Shown in pieces: positions 1 through 10,466 of a DNA stretch of 64,000 bases. The notes under the pieces are model-generated. The model saw only the letters and a list, made by a program, of their open reading frames with translations, was not told the origin of the DNA and did no database searches. This DNA is from Desulfatiglandales bacterium (GTDB lineage: Bacteria > Desulfobacterota > DSM-4660 > Desulfatiglandales > Desulfatiglandaceae), in the NCBI GenBank assembly GCA_963662465.1, contig OY759599.1:1504001-1568000 (forward strand). The letters are read 5' to 3'. The position numbers and the translations under genes are program-made. The stretch's first letter is position 1; every line of letters starts with the position of its first letter.

Positions 1-19
1 CTTTACGAGGCGCCCTGAG

Positions 20-1426
20 ATGAAAAGAAGATCGGGAAATCATCTCCTGTTTGCTGCGGGCGCCGGGATGGAGTTATGCTGGTTGCAGGCCTGGACCGCA
101 TTTATGTTGCATGCCATTTTTAACTACAACACCCCTTTATTATTCCTGCTCTCAATTTACGGCTGCGGCCTGATCACGAATTCTTTCTGCTATTTCCGGC
201 AACGGATCCGGCTTCAGGTGTTCGTGATCAAACTCGTTGTTTTCCCGGCTTCCGTTCTGGCAGCCACCCGGTTTTTGTTTTACCATAACGGCGATGCCTT
301 TCCTTTGAGCTTATCCCGATTGTTCAACGGCCATAAATCATTTGAGGAGTGGGGCCTGATCCTGACCATCGTGCTGATGGCGGGCCTCACTTGGAAAAGA
401 AGCACCCGCCACGTGGTTACCCCTTTGAATTCGGAAAATGTCTACCACCGCTTCGACTTGGGGGTTGCCGCGTTGTTTGCTTTGATGGTACTCAAACTGT
501 TCCTTTCCGCCAGATTCGGGCTGGATATCGTTTACCCGGATTTGAAAACCCTGTTTTTCCCATTTTTTCTCTTTGGGTTATTGGTCATTGGCTTGGTGTT
601 GAGCCCCGAAAAAGAAAACAGGTCATATGATTCCGGGTTTCAGAAGATCGGGATTGTTCTGAGTTTCGTGGTTGCGGCGCTTTTCGGGGGATTGGGATTG
701 GTTTTTTGGTTTCGCTCTCAACTGACCGTTTCGGCCGAAGTGCTCTCCGGTGTTTTGAAAAAAGCGGGTCCGCCCCTGGAAGGCGCCGTTATCTGGTTCG
801 TACGGCTTTTATGGGCGCCAAGGAGCAGCCATGAACTGCCGCCGCCTTCATCCATTCCGGGCGGGCAAAACGCTTACGGCGACCTTACGCATGGTTCTAT
901 TGAAACCGGCTGGTTGACCGCCGCCATCAAATGGGGAACCACCGCGTTAGTAATAGTGATGCTTCTGGTTGCCGTCTATTTATTGATGCGTTATTTGATC
1001 AGATTCCTGTTGACCCCAACCCAACCGATGAACCTGCGGATTTCCGGGCCATTTGATTGGCGAAAACGGCTGTACCGGCTTAAAGCCATGATGTTCCGAT
1101 TCTTCAACCGGATCATGGCCCTGACCCGGGGGGACAACTCGGGCGCCGATTTATTCAAAACCTTGACGTCATGGGGTCGAAGAAGCGGCATCCCCTATCA
1201 AAAAACCGATACCCCAACGGAGTACGGCGCTCGACTGTCATCGTATTTTCCATATTTAGAAAACGAAATCAATATGATCATCAATCTAGTTCAACAAGAG
1301 ATTTATGGTGAGATCAAACCCAACCCCAGCCGGATTGCTTCGGGAAGAAACGCCAAAAAGAGACTGCGATATCCTGAGTTCTGGAAAAACAGGATGAAAA
1401 CCTGGTTATTCTCACCAAGGAAGTAA
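20..1426 (+). CDS. Polytopic membrane protein with C-terminal DUF4129-like domain
   Basis: 468 aa, many hydrophobic segments; C-terminal 'WGRRSGIPYQKTDTPTEYGARL...EIYG' resembles DUF4129. Confidence 0.65.
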   Translation: MKRRSGNHLLFAAGAGMELCWLQAWTAFMLHAIFNYNTPLLFLLSIYGCGLITNSFCYFRQRIRLQVFVIKLVVFPASVLAATRFLFYHNGDAFPLSLSRLFNGHKSFEEWGLILTIVLMAGLTWKRSTRHVVTPLNSENVYHRFDLGVAALFALMVLKLFLSARFGLDIVYPDLKTLFFPFFLFGLLVIGLVLSPEKENRSYDSGFQKIGIVLSFVVAALFGGLGLVFWFRSQLTVSAEVLSGVLKKAGPPLEGAVIWFVRLLWAPRSSHELPPPSSIPGGQNAYGDLTHGSIETGWLTAAIKWGTTALVIVMLLVAVYLLMRYLIRFLLTPTQPMNLRISGPFDWRKRLYRLKAMMFRFFNRIMALTRGDNSGADLFKTLTSWGRRSGIPYQKTDTPTEYGARLSSYFPYLENEINMIINLVQQEIYGEIKPNPSRIASGRNAKKRLRYPEFWKNRMKTWLFSPRK

Positions 1427-1440
1427 AAGGGGTTTGGTAT

Positions 1441-3675
1441 TTAAACCGACTCGACCGCCGACAGTTCCGCCGAAACCAATCGAAGACGTCGGCTCAACCC
1501 CTTTGCCATGGCGTGCAGGATACGTGAGCCGATCATGGCATCTTTCATCATGAGCCTCTCCAATTCATCCATTTGCAGCACGTAGAGTTCGCAGTCCTCA
1601 TCGGCCACGGCACGGGCGGAGCGAACCGAATTTTCGAGCAGGGCCATTTCACCGAAATAGAGGCCGGGTCCCAGGCTTATGAACCGTGTATTTTTGTCGG
1701 ATCCGGCGGATCCGAGAATACTCACATACCCGCAAGTGATGAAAAACAGCGAATCTCCGGGCTCACCCTCCTCGAAAATGGTTTCCCCGGCACGGTAATG
1801 TTTTTTGTGCATAACTTCTTTGACCTGGGCCTGTTGTTCAGCATCCAGATTACTCAGCAGTGCGAAATCAGAAAAATCCCGGCGACAATGGAGACTGGCG
1901 GCTTGGGCGCCATGTTTTTCAATCAACCGGTTTTCGGCGGCCTCCAGCGCGCGATCCACATCGGGAAAAATATTTTTTTCGCCAACGCTTTCCATAACCC
2001 CTAAATCCTTCAAATAGAGGATCAGCTTTTCGCGCCTGCCGGCGCCGAAGGAGAGGCTCGAAATCATGAAGGTTTCTCCGTTTTGTTTCACGTCGTCGCA
2101 GATTCTCTTGATCAATTCCGCCCCGGTAATGTCGATAGTATCCACCCGCTTAAGATCAAAGATGATAATTTGGGTCCCCTCCATTTCTCCTTGAACATCA
2201 TCGGATAGTTTGTCCGCTGTTCCGAAAAATAGGTTCCCGGACAGTTCATAGACCAGGATCTGACGGCCATGTTCCATCAACACCGCTGATTCCGCCTCGG
2301 TACGGACCCGTTTGGAATGGATTTTGTTGCAACGAAACTTCTTTCGGTAAACCTTGGCGCCAATCAGTTCTTTGAGGAAAAGGAAAGCCGAAATCATCAA
2401 TCCGATCCCCACGGCAATCATCAGATCCAGCACCACGGTGATGAGGGTCACCACGCCCACCACGAGAAGGTCCTTGAATGCCGTCTTTTTCCGTACCAGG
2501 CTGAGGCTGTAGGTGTCGAGCATGGAAACGGCGGTAACGATCAAGATAGCGGCCAGGACGCACATGGGAATCCACCCTGCCGCCGACCCTAGAATAACGA
2601 GGATGAACAGCAGAACAAGGCCGTGAAGAACCCCCGAAAGCCGGGTTCTGCCGCCATTCTGGATATTGACGACGGTCCTGACGGTGGCGCCTGCGCCGGA
2701 TATGCCACCGAAAATGGCGCTGACCGCGTTCCCGATGCCCTGACCGAAAAGTTCTCGATTGGAATGATGTTTGGTTTTGGTGCTGACGTCCGCCACCAGG
2801 GACGTGAGAAGGGCGTCGATGGCCCCCAGAATGCCCAGGGTTATTGCCGGGGCAAGGAATGCGGCCGGATATTGAACGATGAGTGTCAGGATATCCGTAA
2901 AAGAGATGGAGAGAAAACCAAGGGGAATGGGGAATCCTGTGGGGATGGCGCCGATGATGAAGGGATTTCCTTCAAAACGGGCAAATTCCGGCACAAGGGT
3001 TTTCCCCAGAAGGAGATAAAGACCGGTCCCCAGGATCAACCCCACCAGGGATGCGGGTATTTTCCGGGTAATTTTGTCTGAAATGAGGATGGCGGCAATG
3101 GTTATAACCCCGATTCCCAGCAGGGGAAGACTGCCCACGGCATTATCCAGCAGCACGGGTGAAAAAATGCCGGTGTCGTTAAAGAACAGTTTCATGCCCA
3201 GGATCGGCGCTACCTGGCCCAGAAAAATAATTACGGCAATGCCGTTCATGAACCCGGCAATAACAGGGTAGGGGATAAACTTGATGAGGGTGCCGCAACG
3301 CAGGATTCCCATCAGCACCTGAACCAGGCCGCCCAGGAAAACGATGACCGCCGTGAGGGTAATAACGGCGGCAAGGGGATCCTGCTGCTCCAGAATAGCG
3401 GGGTGTTTCATAAGCGTCGCGATGAACTCGGTGATAACCACGGTCATGGGTCCCGTGGGCCCCGTGATCTGGCTGGCGGTACCGCCGAATATGGCGGCAA
3501 ATATCCCGGTAAAGATGGCCCCGTACATGCCGGCGGCAGCGCCCCTTGCCAGGGCTTCAGGGGTTCCGATGGAAGCAAAGGCAGATACCCCGAAGGCCAG
3601 TGCCAGGGGAAGGGCAATGACCGCGGCGGAAATGCCGCCGGAAATATCGCCTTTGATATTGTTGAACATGGACAC
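1441..3675 (-). CDS. SulP/SLC26 anion transporter with STAS and C-terminal cNMP-binding domain
   Basis: 'GDISGGISAAVIALPLALAFG', 'ITGPTGPM', STAS 'LFFGTAD..DITGA', cNMP 'IFEEGEPGDSLFFI..YFGEMALL..RSA'. Confidence 0.92.
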   Translation of the reverse strand: MSMFNNIKGDISGGISAAVIALPLALAFGVSAFASIGTPEALARGAAAGMYGAIFTGIFAAIFGGTASQITGPTGPMTVVITEFIATLMKHPAILEQQDPLAAVITLTAVIVFLGGLVQVLMGILRCGTLIKFIPYPVIAGFMNGIAVIIFLGQVAPILGMKLFFNDTGIFSPVLLDNAVGSLPLLGIGVITIAAILISDKITRKIPASLVGLILGTGLYLLLGKTLVPEFARFEGNPFIIGAIPTGFPIPLGFLSISFTDILTLIVQYPAAFLAPAITLGILGAIDALLTSLVADVSTKTKHHSNRELFGQGIGNAVSAIFGGISGAGATVRTVVNIQNGGRTRLSGVLHGLVLLFILVILGSAAGWIPMCVLAAILIVTAVSMLDTYSLSLVRKKTAFKDLLVVGVVTLITVVLDLMIAVGIGLMISAFLFLKELIGAKVYRKKFRCNKIHSKRVRTEAESAVLMEHGRQILVYELSGNLFFGTADKLSDDVQGEMEGTQIIIFDLKRVDTIDITGAELIKRICDDVKQNGETFMISSLSFGAGRREKLILYLKDLGVMESVGEKNIFPDVDRALEAAENRLIEKHGAQAASLHCRRDFSDFALLSNLDAEQQAQVKEVMHKKHYRAGETIFEEGEPGDSLFFITCGYVSILGSAGSDKNTRFISLGPGLYFGEMALLENSVRSARAVADEDCELYVLQMDELERLMMKDAMIGSRILHAMAKGLSRRLRLVSAELSAVESV

Positions 3676-3708
3676 TTTATGCCTCCCTGAGTTTGGATGC
3701 AGGTAAAA

Positions 3709-4296
3709 TCAGGTGGGTTGGGGGAGCGCCGTTTCGTTGATTTTTTTCCATAATTCCGCCACACCCTGCCGGGTGAGAGAGGAAAAAATGATGGGCGGGG
3801 AAAATGAGACCGCCTTCAAGCCGTCGACAATGAGCCTGGCCCTGTTTTGTATTTTCTGGCGAGAGATTTTATCCGCCTTGGTTAGTACGATGATGGGTTC
3901 AATGTGATAGTAATTCAACCAGTTGATGAGGCTTTCATCTCCGGCGGACGGGTCCCTGCGAATGTCCAGAATGACCACCACGGCCTTCAGGGTTTCCCGG
4001 GTTCGAAGGTAGTCCTCCACCATTTGGCCCCAGGATGCCTTGACCTTGGTGGGCACCCGGGCAAACCCGTACCCGGGCAGATCCACCAGATAAAGGGTCT
4101 TGCCGAAGCGGAAAAAATTAATGGCCTGGGTCCTGCCGGGGGTGCTGCTGGTCCTGGCCAGTTTTCGTCGGTTGACAAGGGTGTTGAGCAGACTGGATTT
4201 TCCCACGTTGGATTTCCCCGCAAAAGCGACCTCGGGCCTGTCGGGGGGCGGATAATGTTGTTCTTTGAAAGCGCTTTTGATGAATTCAACATCCAT
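3709..4296 (-). CDS. engB: Ribosome biogenesis GTPase YihA/YsxC
   Basis: G1 'GKSNVGKSS', 'TSSTPGRT', 'DLPGYG', 'TKADK'. Confidence 0.95.
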   Translation of the reverse strand: MDVEFIKSAFKEQHYPPPDRPEVAFAGKSNVGKSSLLNTLVNRRKLARTSSTPGRTQAINFFRFGKTLYLVDLPGYGFARVPTKVKASWGQMVEDYLRTRETLKAVVVILDIRRDPSAGDESLINWLNYYHIEPIIVLTKADKISRQKIQNRARLIVDGLKAVSFSPPIIFSSLTRQGVAELWKKINETALPQPT

Positions 4297-5443
4297 GGGT
4301 TCTGCTCTTTAAAAAACGTTCAATCCGGTTCAAGCCCTCTTTGATATTTTCAAGGGAATTGGCGTAAGAAAACCGGATATACCCTTCGGCGTTTTGTCCG
4401 AAGTCGATGCCGGGCGTTACGCCCACGTTCGCTTTTTCAAGGATTTCGAAGGCCAGGTCGTAGGAACTCTCCGTCAGGTGACGGGCATTGGCCAAAATAT
4501 AAAAGGCCCCGGCCGGTTCCACGGCGATGCCGAAACCTAAACTCCGAATCCGCTCGATCATGTATTTCCGACGTTCGTCATACACGCGCCGCATCCGTTC
4601 AACATCCTCATGGGCCTGTGTTAGGGCGGCAATACCGGCCCATTGGGAAACACTCCCGGCGGAGATAAAAAAATTCTGCTGCACCTTCTGCATGGGCCGG
4701 ATAAAGGCCGGCGGTGCGATGAGGTAGCCCAGGCGCCATCCGGTCATGGCGAAGATTTTGGAAAAGCCGTTCAGCACAAAGGCATTGTCCGTGAATTCAA
4801 GAATGGAATGCTCTTTTTCGCCATACACCAGACCGTGATAGATTTCATCGGATATGATGGGCGGACCCAAGGCCGCGATTTCCTGCATCCTCTCCTTTGA
4901 AAGGAGGTTCCCGGTAGGATTGGACGGCGAGTTAATGAGGATGGCGCGGGTTTTAGGACTTAACCGCTTTTTGACGTGTTCCGGCCGAAGCTGAAAACCA
5001 TCTTCCTCATATCCCTTGACACGGACAGGGGCGGCCCCCAGAAAATCCGCGAAGTTCGGATAGCAGGGATAATGGGGGTCACTCATGATCACCTCGTCGC
5101 CCGCTTCAAGGAGAGCGGAAAAAACCATGAAAAGGGCAGGGGAGGTCCCCGACGTCACAAGGATACGGTCAGGATCGATACTGGTGCTGTACTTTTTGTG
5201 GTGGTATTCACAGATGGCTTCCCTCAGCGGCAAAATCCCCAGGCTGTGGGTGTAATGGGTTTCACCCCTGCGAATGGCCTCGTGGGCCGCCTCGCAGATG
5301 CAGTCGGGCGTCGTGAAGTCCGGCTCTCCGATTTCCAGATGAATGATATCCCGTCCCGCTCTTTCAAGTTCGTGCGCTCTTTCCAGCACGTCCATGACGA
5401 TGAAGGGGGGAATGTTTTTTGTCCTTGCGGCAATTCTATTCAT
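4286..5443 (-). CDS. PLP-dependent class I/II aminotransferase
   Basis: 'IGEPDF', 'NSPSNPTG', 'SDEIY', 'GFSKIFAMTGWRLG'; start placed at MNRIAAR (alternative 5473). Confidence 0.92.
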   Translation of the reverse strand: MNRIAARTKNIPPFIVMDVLERAHELERAGRDIIHLEIGEPDFTTPDCICEAAHEAIRRGETHYTHSLGILPLREAICEYHHKKYSTSIDPDRILVTSGTSPALFMVFSALLEAGDEVIMSDPHYPCYPNFADFLGAAPVRVKGYEEDGFQLRPEHVKKRLSPKTRAILINSPSNPTGNLLSKERMQEIAALGPPIISDEIYHGLVYGEKEHSILEFTDNAFVLNGFSKIFAMTGWRLGYLIAPPAFIRPMQKVQQNFFISAGSVSQWAGIAALTQAHEDVERMRRVYDERRKYMIERIRSLGFGIAVEPAGAFYILANARHLTESSYDLAFEILEKANVGVTPGIDFGQNAEGYIRFSYANSLENIKEGLNRIERFLKSRTHGC

Positions 5444-5488
5444 AAAATGGCATCTCGACTTAAATTCGGGCATTAAGCCCTTGACGGG

Positions 5489-5515
5489 AAAACTTAAAAC
5501 TTAAAACCTAAAACT
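5489..5515. repeat. Heptamer tandem repeat (TAAAACT-like, about 4 units)
   Basis: aaaacttaaaacttaaaacctaaaact between hisG and the aminotransferase. Confidence 0.85.
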
Positions 5516-5524
5516 GCGGTTGCT

Positions 5525-6397
5525 TTAGATGACCTTGTTGAGGGAATATTCGATAATGCCTTGAGCGCCCGCATCCATGAGTTGTGGAATAAGATCTCTC
5601 ACCACCCTGCTGTCCACGACGGTTTCAACCGACACCCAGTCGGATTTGTAGAGACCCGCCACCGTTGGGGCATTGAGGCTCGGCAGGATATCGATAATTT
5701 TTTCGACAGCTTCCTTTGGAATATTCATTTTGAGGGCCACCATGTTTTCAGCCCTGAGCGCCCCTTTCAACAGAAGCGCGATCTGTGCGATCTTGGCCTG
5801 TTTCCAGGTATCCTGGTAGGCTTCCCGATTTGCAATGAGCTGGGTATTGGTTTCCATCAGGTCATAAATGATTTTAAGGCCATGGGCTTTGATGGTGCTG
5901 CCGGTTTCCGTCACTTCCACGATGGCATCGGCGAGCCCGGATACCACCTTGGCTTCGGTGGCGCCCCATGAAAAGGCCACCTTTACGTCGATGTTTTTTT
6001 CCGCGAAGAACCTCCGGGTGAAATTGACCAGCTCCGTGGCGATTTTTTTCCCTTGAAGGTCTTCGAGGGTTTTGATGTCGGAACCGGCCGCCACGGCCAG
6101 AACCCAACGGGCCGGATTCTGGCTGACTTTGGAATAGATCAGGTCGTCCACCGTCACCACGTCGGACTCGTTTTCTTCAATCCAATCCCGGCCCGTGAGG
6201 CCGGCATCCAGGGTTCCGTTTTCCACATACCGGCTCATTTCCTGTGCCCGGCAGATGGCGCATTCGATTTCAGGATCATTGATGTCGGGAAAATAACTCC
6301 GACCGTTGACATTGATTTTCCAACCGGATTTTTCAAAAAGACCGATGGTTGCGTTTTGAAGGCTCCCCTTGGGGATGCCGAATTTCAATTTGTTCAT
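5525..6397 (-). CDS. hisG: ATP phosphoribosyltransferase, long form
   Basis: 'IPKGSLQ', '[19 protein letters not shown]', C-terminal regulatory domain. Confidence 0.96.
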   Translation of the reverse strand: MNKLKFGIPKGSLQNATIGLFEKSGWKINVNGRSYFPDINDPEIECAICRAQEMSRYVENGTLDAGLTGRDWIEENESDVVTVDDLIYSKVSQNPARWVLAVAAGSDIKTLEDLQGKKIATELVNFTRRFFAEKNIDVKVAFSWGATEAKVVSGLADAIVEVTETGSTIKAHGLKIIYDLMETNTQLIANREAYQDTWKQAKIAQIALLLKGALRAENMVALKMNIPKEAVEKIIDILPSLNAPTVAGLYKSDWVSVETVVDSRVVRDLIPQLMDAGAQGIIEYSLNKVI

Positions 6398-6795
6398 TTT
6401 TTATATACCTTCTCCGGATCAAATACTCTTTCTCCGATAATGGTTACAGTCCCTTCGCTATCAATTTTTTTATGAAAGCAGGTTTCGCGTCCCGTGTGGC
6501 AAGCGGCGCCCCCAACCTGTTCCACCCTGAAAAGAACCGTATCGTCATCGCAATCCGCCAATATCTCCCGGATGATCTGAACGTTCCCGGAAGTTCCCCC
6601 CTTGTGCCAGAGTTCCTGCCTTGACCGGCTCCAGTAATGGGCTTCGCCGGTCTCAAGGGTTTTGAGCCAGGCCGCTTCATTGATATAGGCCAGCATCAAT
6701 ACCTTCCCCGATGCGCCGTCCTGCGCAATGGCGGGAAGCAGGCCGTTCCCTTTTTTAAAATCAAGGGCAATTTTTTCTTTTAGAATTTCAGACAT
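6394..6795 (-). CDS. hisI: Phosphoribosyl-AMP cyclohydrolase
   Basis: '[17 protein letters not shown]', 'DCDDD', '[10 protein letters not shown]'. Confidence 0.96.
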   Translation of the reverse strand: MSEILKEKIALDFKKGNGLLPAIAQDGASGKVLMLAYINEAAWLKTLETGEAHYWSRSRQELWHKGGTSGNVQIIREILADCDDDTVLFRVEQVGGAACHTGRETCFHKKIDSEGTVTIIGERVFDPEKVYKK

Positions 6796-6871
6796 TGCAA
6801 CAAAATCTCTCCTCACAAAAAATCAAATGTTTACAATAATACCCATACCGGAAATGGCAAGGCCAAATGGG

Positions 6872-8164
6872 TTATAATCCCCGCGATATAATCGCAAACG
6901 CCTTTTTTGCCCGATCAATGGTGTCCGCTATCATCCGGTCCGTATGGGCCATGGACAAAAATGAGGTTTCAAAAGGGGAGGGCGCGAGATACACTCCTTG
7001 ATCCAGCATTTCTTTATAATATTGGCGAAAGATACTCTGGTTGCCGGTTTGGGCAGTAATAAAATCCGTCACGGTTTCATCGGTAAAAAAGAGGCAACCC
7101 ATGCTGCCCATGCGGTTTACCGTTGCCGGTATGCCCGCGTCTCTTGCCGCCGCCGCAAGCCCTGAAAAAAGGACTTCGCCTTTTCGGTCAAGTTCCCCAT
7201 AGGGATTTTCCCGCTTCAGGATGCGTAATGTGGCAAGGCCCGCGGCCATGGCCAGGGGATTTCCGGAAAGGGTGCCGGCCTGGTAAACATCCCCGTCCGG
7301 CGCGATACGGTCCATGATGTTCGCCTTGCCGCCATAGGCGCCCACGGGAAGCCCGCCGCCGATGATTTTGCCGAAGCAGGTGAGATCAGGGCGAATCCCC
7401 AGAACCGCTTGGGCGCCCCCCAGGGCAAGCCTGAATCCGCTGATGACCTCATCAAAAATAAGAATCGCCCCATGACGTTCGGTGATGTTTCTGAGGCCCT
7501 TTAAAAAGGATGGATTCGGGATGACGACCCCCATGTTTCCGGGAACGGGTTCCACAATAACGCAGGCAATTTCGTTTCCGAATTTGGCAAATGCCGCTTC
7601 AACCCCTTCAAGATGGTTGTAGGGAAGTGAGATGGTGTGTCGGGCCAAATTCGCCGGGACGCCGGGGCTTCCGGGAATGCCGAGGGTTGCAAGCCCTGAG
7701 CCGGCTGATACCAGCAGGCTGTCTGAATGGCCATGGTAGCAGCCGTCGAATTTGACGATTTTGTCCCGGCCCGTGTATCCCCTTGCCAGCCGAATGGCGC
7801 TCATGGCGGCTTCCGTTCCGGAATTCACCATTCGGACCCTCTCAACGGAGGGCGCCATGTTCACAATGGTCTCGGCCATGGTTACTTCACCTTCCGTGGG
7901 GGCGCCGTAGCTGGTGCCCTTTTCGGCGCTTTTGATGACGGCCTCGATCACTTCGGGGTGGGCATGGCCGAGAATCATGGGGCCCCATGAGCCCACATAA
8001 TCGATATATTCGTTGTCGTCAACGTCCCGGATCAGGGCGCCTTTTGCGGCGGCAATGAAGGGCGGATCCATGCCCACGGATTTTCCTGCCCGAACGGGGC
8101 TGTTCACGCCGCCGGGAATGAATTTTCTGGCTTTCTCAAACAAAGCCTTGGACTTTTCTCTCAT
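6872..8164 (-). CDS. hemL: Glutamate-1-semialdehyde 2,1-aminomutase
   Basis: '[10 protein letters not shown]', 'DYVGSWGP', 'NSGTEA', 'GKIIGGGLP', 'QAGTLSGNP'. Confidence 0.97.
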   Translation of the reverse strand: MREKSKALFEKARKFIPGGVNSPVRAGKSVGMDPPFIAAAKGALIRDVDDNEYIDYVGSWGPMILGHAHPEVIEAVIKSAEKGTSYGAPTEGEVTMAETIVNMAPSVERVRMVNSGTEAAMSAIRLARGYTGRDKIVKFDGCYHGHSDSLLVSAGSGLATLGIPGSPGVPANLARHTISLPYNHLEGVEAAFAKFGNEIACVIVEPVPGNMGVVIPNPSFLKGLRNITERHGAILIFDEVISGFRLALGGAQAVLGIRPDLTCFGKIIGGGLPVGAYGGKANIMDRIAPDGDVYQAGTLSGNPLAMAAGLATLRILKRENPYGELDRKGEVLFSGLAAAARDAGIPATVNRMGSMGCLFFTDETVTDFITAQTGNQSIFRQYYKEMLDQGVYLAPSPFETSFLSMAHTDRMIADTIDRAKKAFAIISRGL

Positions 8165-8486
8165 GTGAAAATCCTTTCAACAATTTTTCGACGGATGATA
8201 GCAACACCATCACCAACTTTCAAGAAATGTTTTTCACGACAGCGTGCGTAAACATTTTTTGTAACGGTTCACGGTGTCAACAAAAATTGAACCACAAAAT
8301 ATGTGGGATTCAAGAGCAAACGCAGTCAATTGAGCAAGTACGATGACATGGAAAGGGATAAAACCTGTTGTCGCGCTGGTGGAAAAGTCATATAAGAAGG
8401 GCCTTCGGCTTAAAAAGTTGATTGAGGGTTGGCCAAAACAGGCTCTAAGGGTACAATCGAACGTTTTCATCTCTAAGCCCTAAATT

Positions 8487-10247
8487 ATGGGGGAAGATTT
8501 TGCAATGGCGCTCAAACCTTGGGACACACCCTACTGGCCCGAAGGGGTCCCCCGTGAGATCACGGGGTATGAAAAGCCGCTCTTTTCTCTTCTGGACGAA
8601 TCCGCGAAGACTTATCCGGACAATCCCTTTACCATCTTCAACGGTCGGTTTAAATCATACTCTCGTGTGAAGGAGACCGCGGATCGGGTGGCCCATTTCC
8701 TGGGCGGCCATGGGATTGCCAAGGGCGACCGGGTGGCGATTTTTCTGCCCAACCTGCCCCATTTTCCCGAGATCTTCTTTGGCGCCCTGAAAGCGGGCGC
8801 CACCTGTGTGACCTGCAACCCCCTTTATACGGCGTCGGAGTTGCATTATCAGCTCAAGGACTCCGGCGCCAAATGCATTTTCTGTATGGATCACCCCCGG
8901 TTCTATCCTACTGTTGTGGAGGCTATACGGGATACGGATGTGGCGCAGGTGGTTATTTGCAGCGTCAAATCGTATCTGCCGCCACTTATGGGTTTCATCG
9001 GCGGTTTGCTGGGGAAGATTCCCAAGGCCCATGGGCACGCGCCGGGTCACCTTTTGTTTGACGACATGATTAAAGGCGCCCTGCCTGAACCTCCGGATGT
9101 TCCTATCTCGCCCACCGAGGATCCGGCCCTCATTCTGTACACCGGCGGAACCACGGGAAGGCCCAAGGGTGCGTGTTTGAGCCATGCCAATTTTATGGCC
9201 AATGTGATTGGCGTGGACGAATGGGCACGTCTTCCTCAAGCGTCCGGCGCTAAACCGGAAAAATTGAAACGGGGCGAGTATCAGACTATCCTTGGGGTGC
9301 TGCCCTGGTATCACAGCTTCGGCCTGACCTGCGCCATGCTCACTTCATGTTTTCTGGGCGGTCGTCTGGTTTGTATTCCGGACCCCAGGGCGGGAAAGCC
9401 TCCCTTTACCGATGTACTGAAGGCGGTGCAGAAATACAAACCCACCCTGATGGCGGCGGTTCCCTCTATTTTTGTGGCCTTCGTCAATCATCCCGACATC
9501 GAAAAGTACGACTTGAGTTCCTTTCTGTGTTGTAACTCAGGCGGGGCGCCGCTTCCGCCGGATGTTTGCCGGCAGTTTGAAGCCAAAACAGGGTCTATTA
9601 TTTTTGAGGGTTATGGACTGAGCGAAACGTCCCCCATCGCCAGTTGCAATCCCGCCAATGTGGAAACCCGAAAAATCGGCAGCATCGGGCTCCCTTTTCC
9701 GAGTACGGACATCAAGGTGCTGGATATGGAGACCGGACACAATGAACTCCCCAGAGGTGAAGACGGGGAAATTGCCATCCGCGGCGCCCAGGTGATGAAA
9801 GGCTATTGGAACAGACCCGAGGAGACGGAGGCTGTTTTTCGTGAGATTGAGGGAAAACAATATTTTTTGACGGGAGACATCGGACACATCGACGAGGATG
9901 GATTCATTGTTATTACGGATCGGAAAAAGGACCTGGTCTTAGTCGGTGGTTTCAATGTTTACCCACGGGAGGTGGAGGATATTCTCTTTGGGCATCCTAA
10001 AGTGGCCATGGCGGCGGTCATCGGTTTGCCTGATGCCAGGAGCGGGGAAGCCGTCAAGGCGTTTATCCAGCTCAAAGCTGGGGAAACCGCTACCGAGGAA
10101 GAGATCCTGGTATATTGCAAGGAGAACATGGCCGGGTACAAGCGCCCCCGGTTGATTGAATTTCGCGACGCTCTTCCGGTTTCAGCCGTTGGGAAAGTCC
10201 TACGCCGCGTTCTGCGGGATGAGGCATTGAAAAAGGAGCGACGATGA
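8487..10247 (+). CDS. Long-chain fatty acid-CoA ligase
   Basis: AMP-binding 'YTGGTTGRPKG', 'EGYGLSE', 'TGDIG', 'GFNVYPREVE', 'GKVLRR'. Confidence 0.93.
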   Translation: MGEDFAMALKPWDTPYWPEGVPREITGYEKPLFSLLDESAKTYPDNPFTIFNGRFKSYSRVKETADRVAHFLGGHGIAKGDRVAIFLPNLPHFPEIFFGALKAGATCVTCNPLYTASELHYQLKDSGAKCIFCMDHPRFYPTVVEAIRDTDVAQVVICSVKSYLPPLMGFIGGLLGKIPKAHGHAPGHLLFDDMIKGALPEPPDVPISPTEDPALILYTGGTTGRPKGACLSHANFMANVIGVDEWARLPQASGAKPEKLKRGEYQTILGVLPWYHSFGLTCAMLTSCFLGGRLVCIPDPRAGKPPFTDVLKAVQKYKPTLMAAVPSIFVAFVNHPDIEKYDLSSFLCCNSGGAPLPPDVCRQFEAKTGSIIFEGYGLSETSPIASCNPANVETRKIGSIGLPFPSTDIKVLDMETGHNELPRGEDGEIAIRGAQVMKGYWNRPEETEAVFREIEGKQYFLTGDIGHIDEDGFIVITDRKKDLVLVGGFNVYPREVEDILFGHPKVAMAAVIGLPDARSGEAVKAFIQLKAGETATEEEILVYCKENMAGYKRPRLIEFRDALPVSAVGKVLRRVLRDEALKKERR

Positions 10248-10466
10248 TCCTCCGCCTGATAGAGGAAAACTGAGGCGTAAACCCAGTTTTGGTCGCAACA
10301 GGGCATTTTTTACGATTTGCTTTAGAAATAAGGTCTTGAAAGGAAAACGTTCATGGGTCATTCAAACGACACACATCAAAAGATGCGAATGTTACGCTTC
10401 TTTTCATTTGACATTGGATGGGCAGGCAGGGCATCCTGAAACACTGCCCACTCACCGATAGGAGAG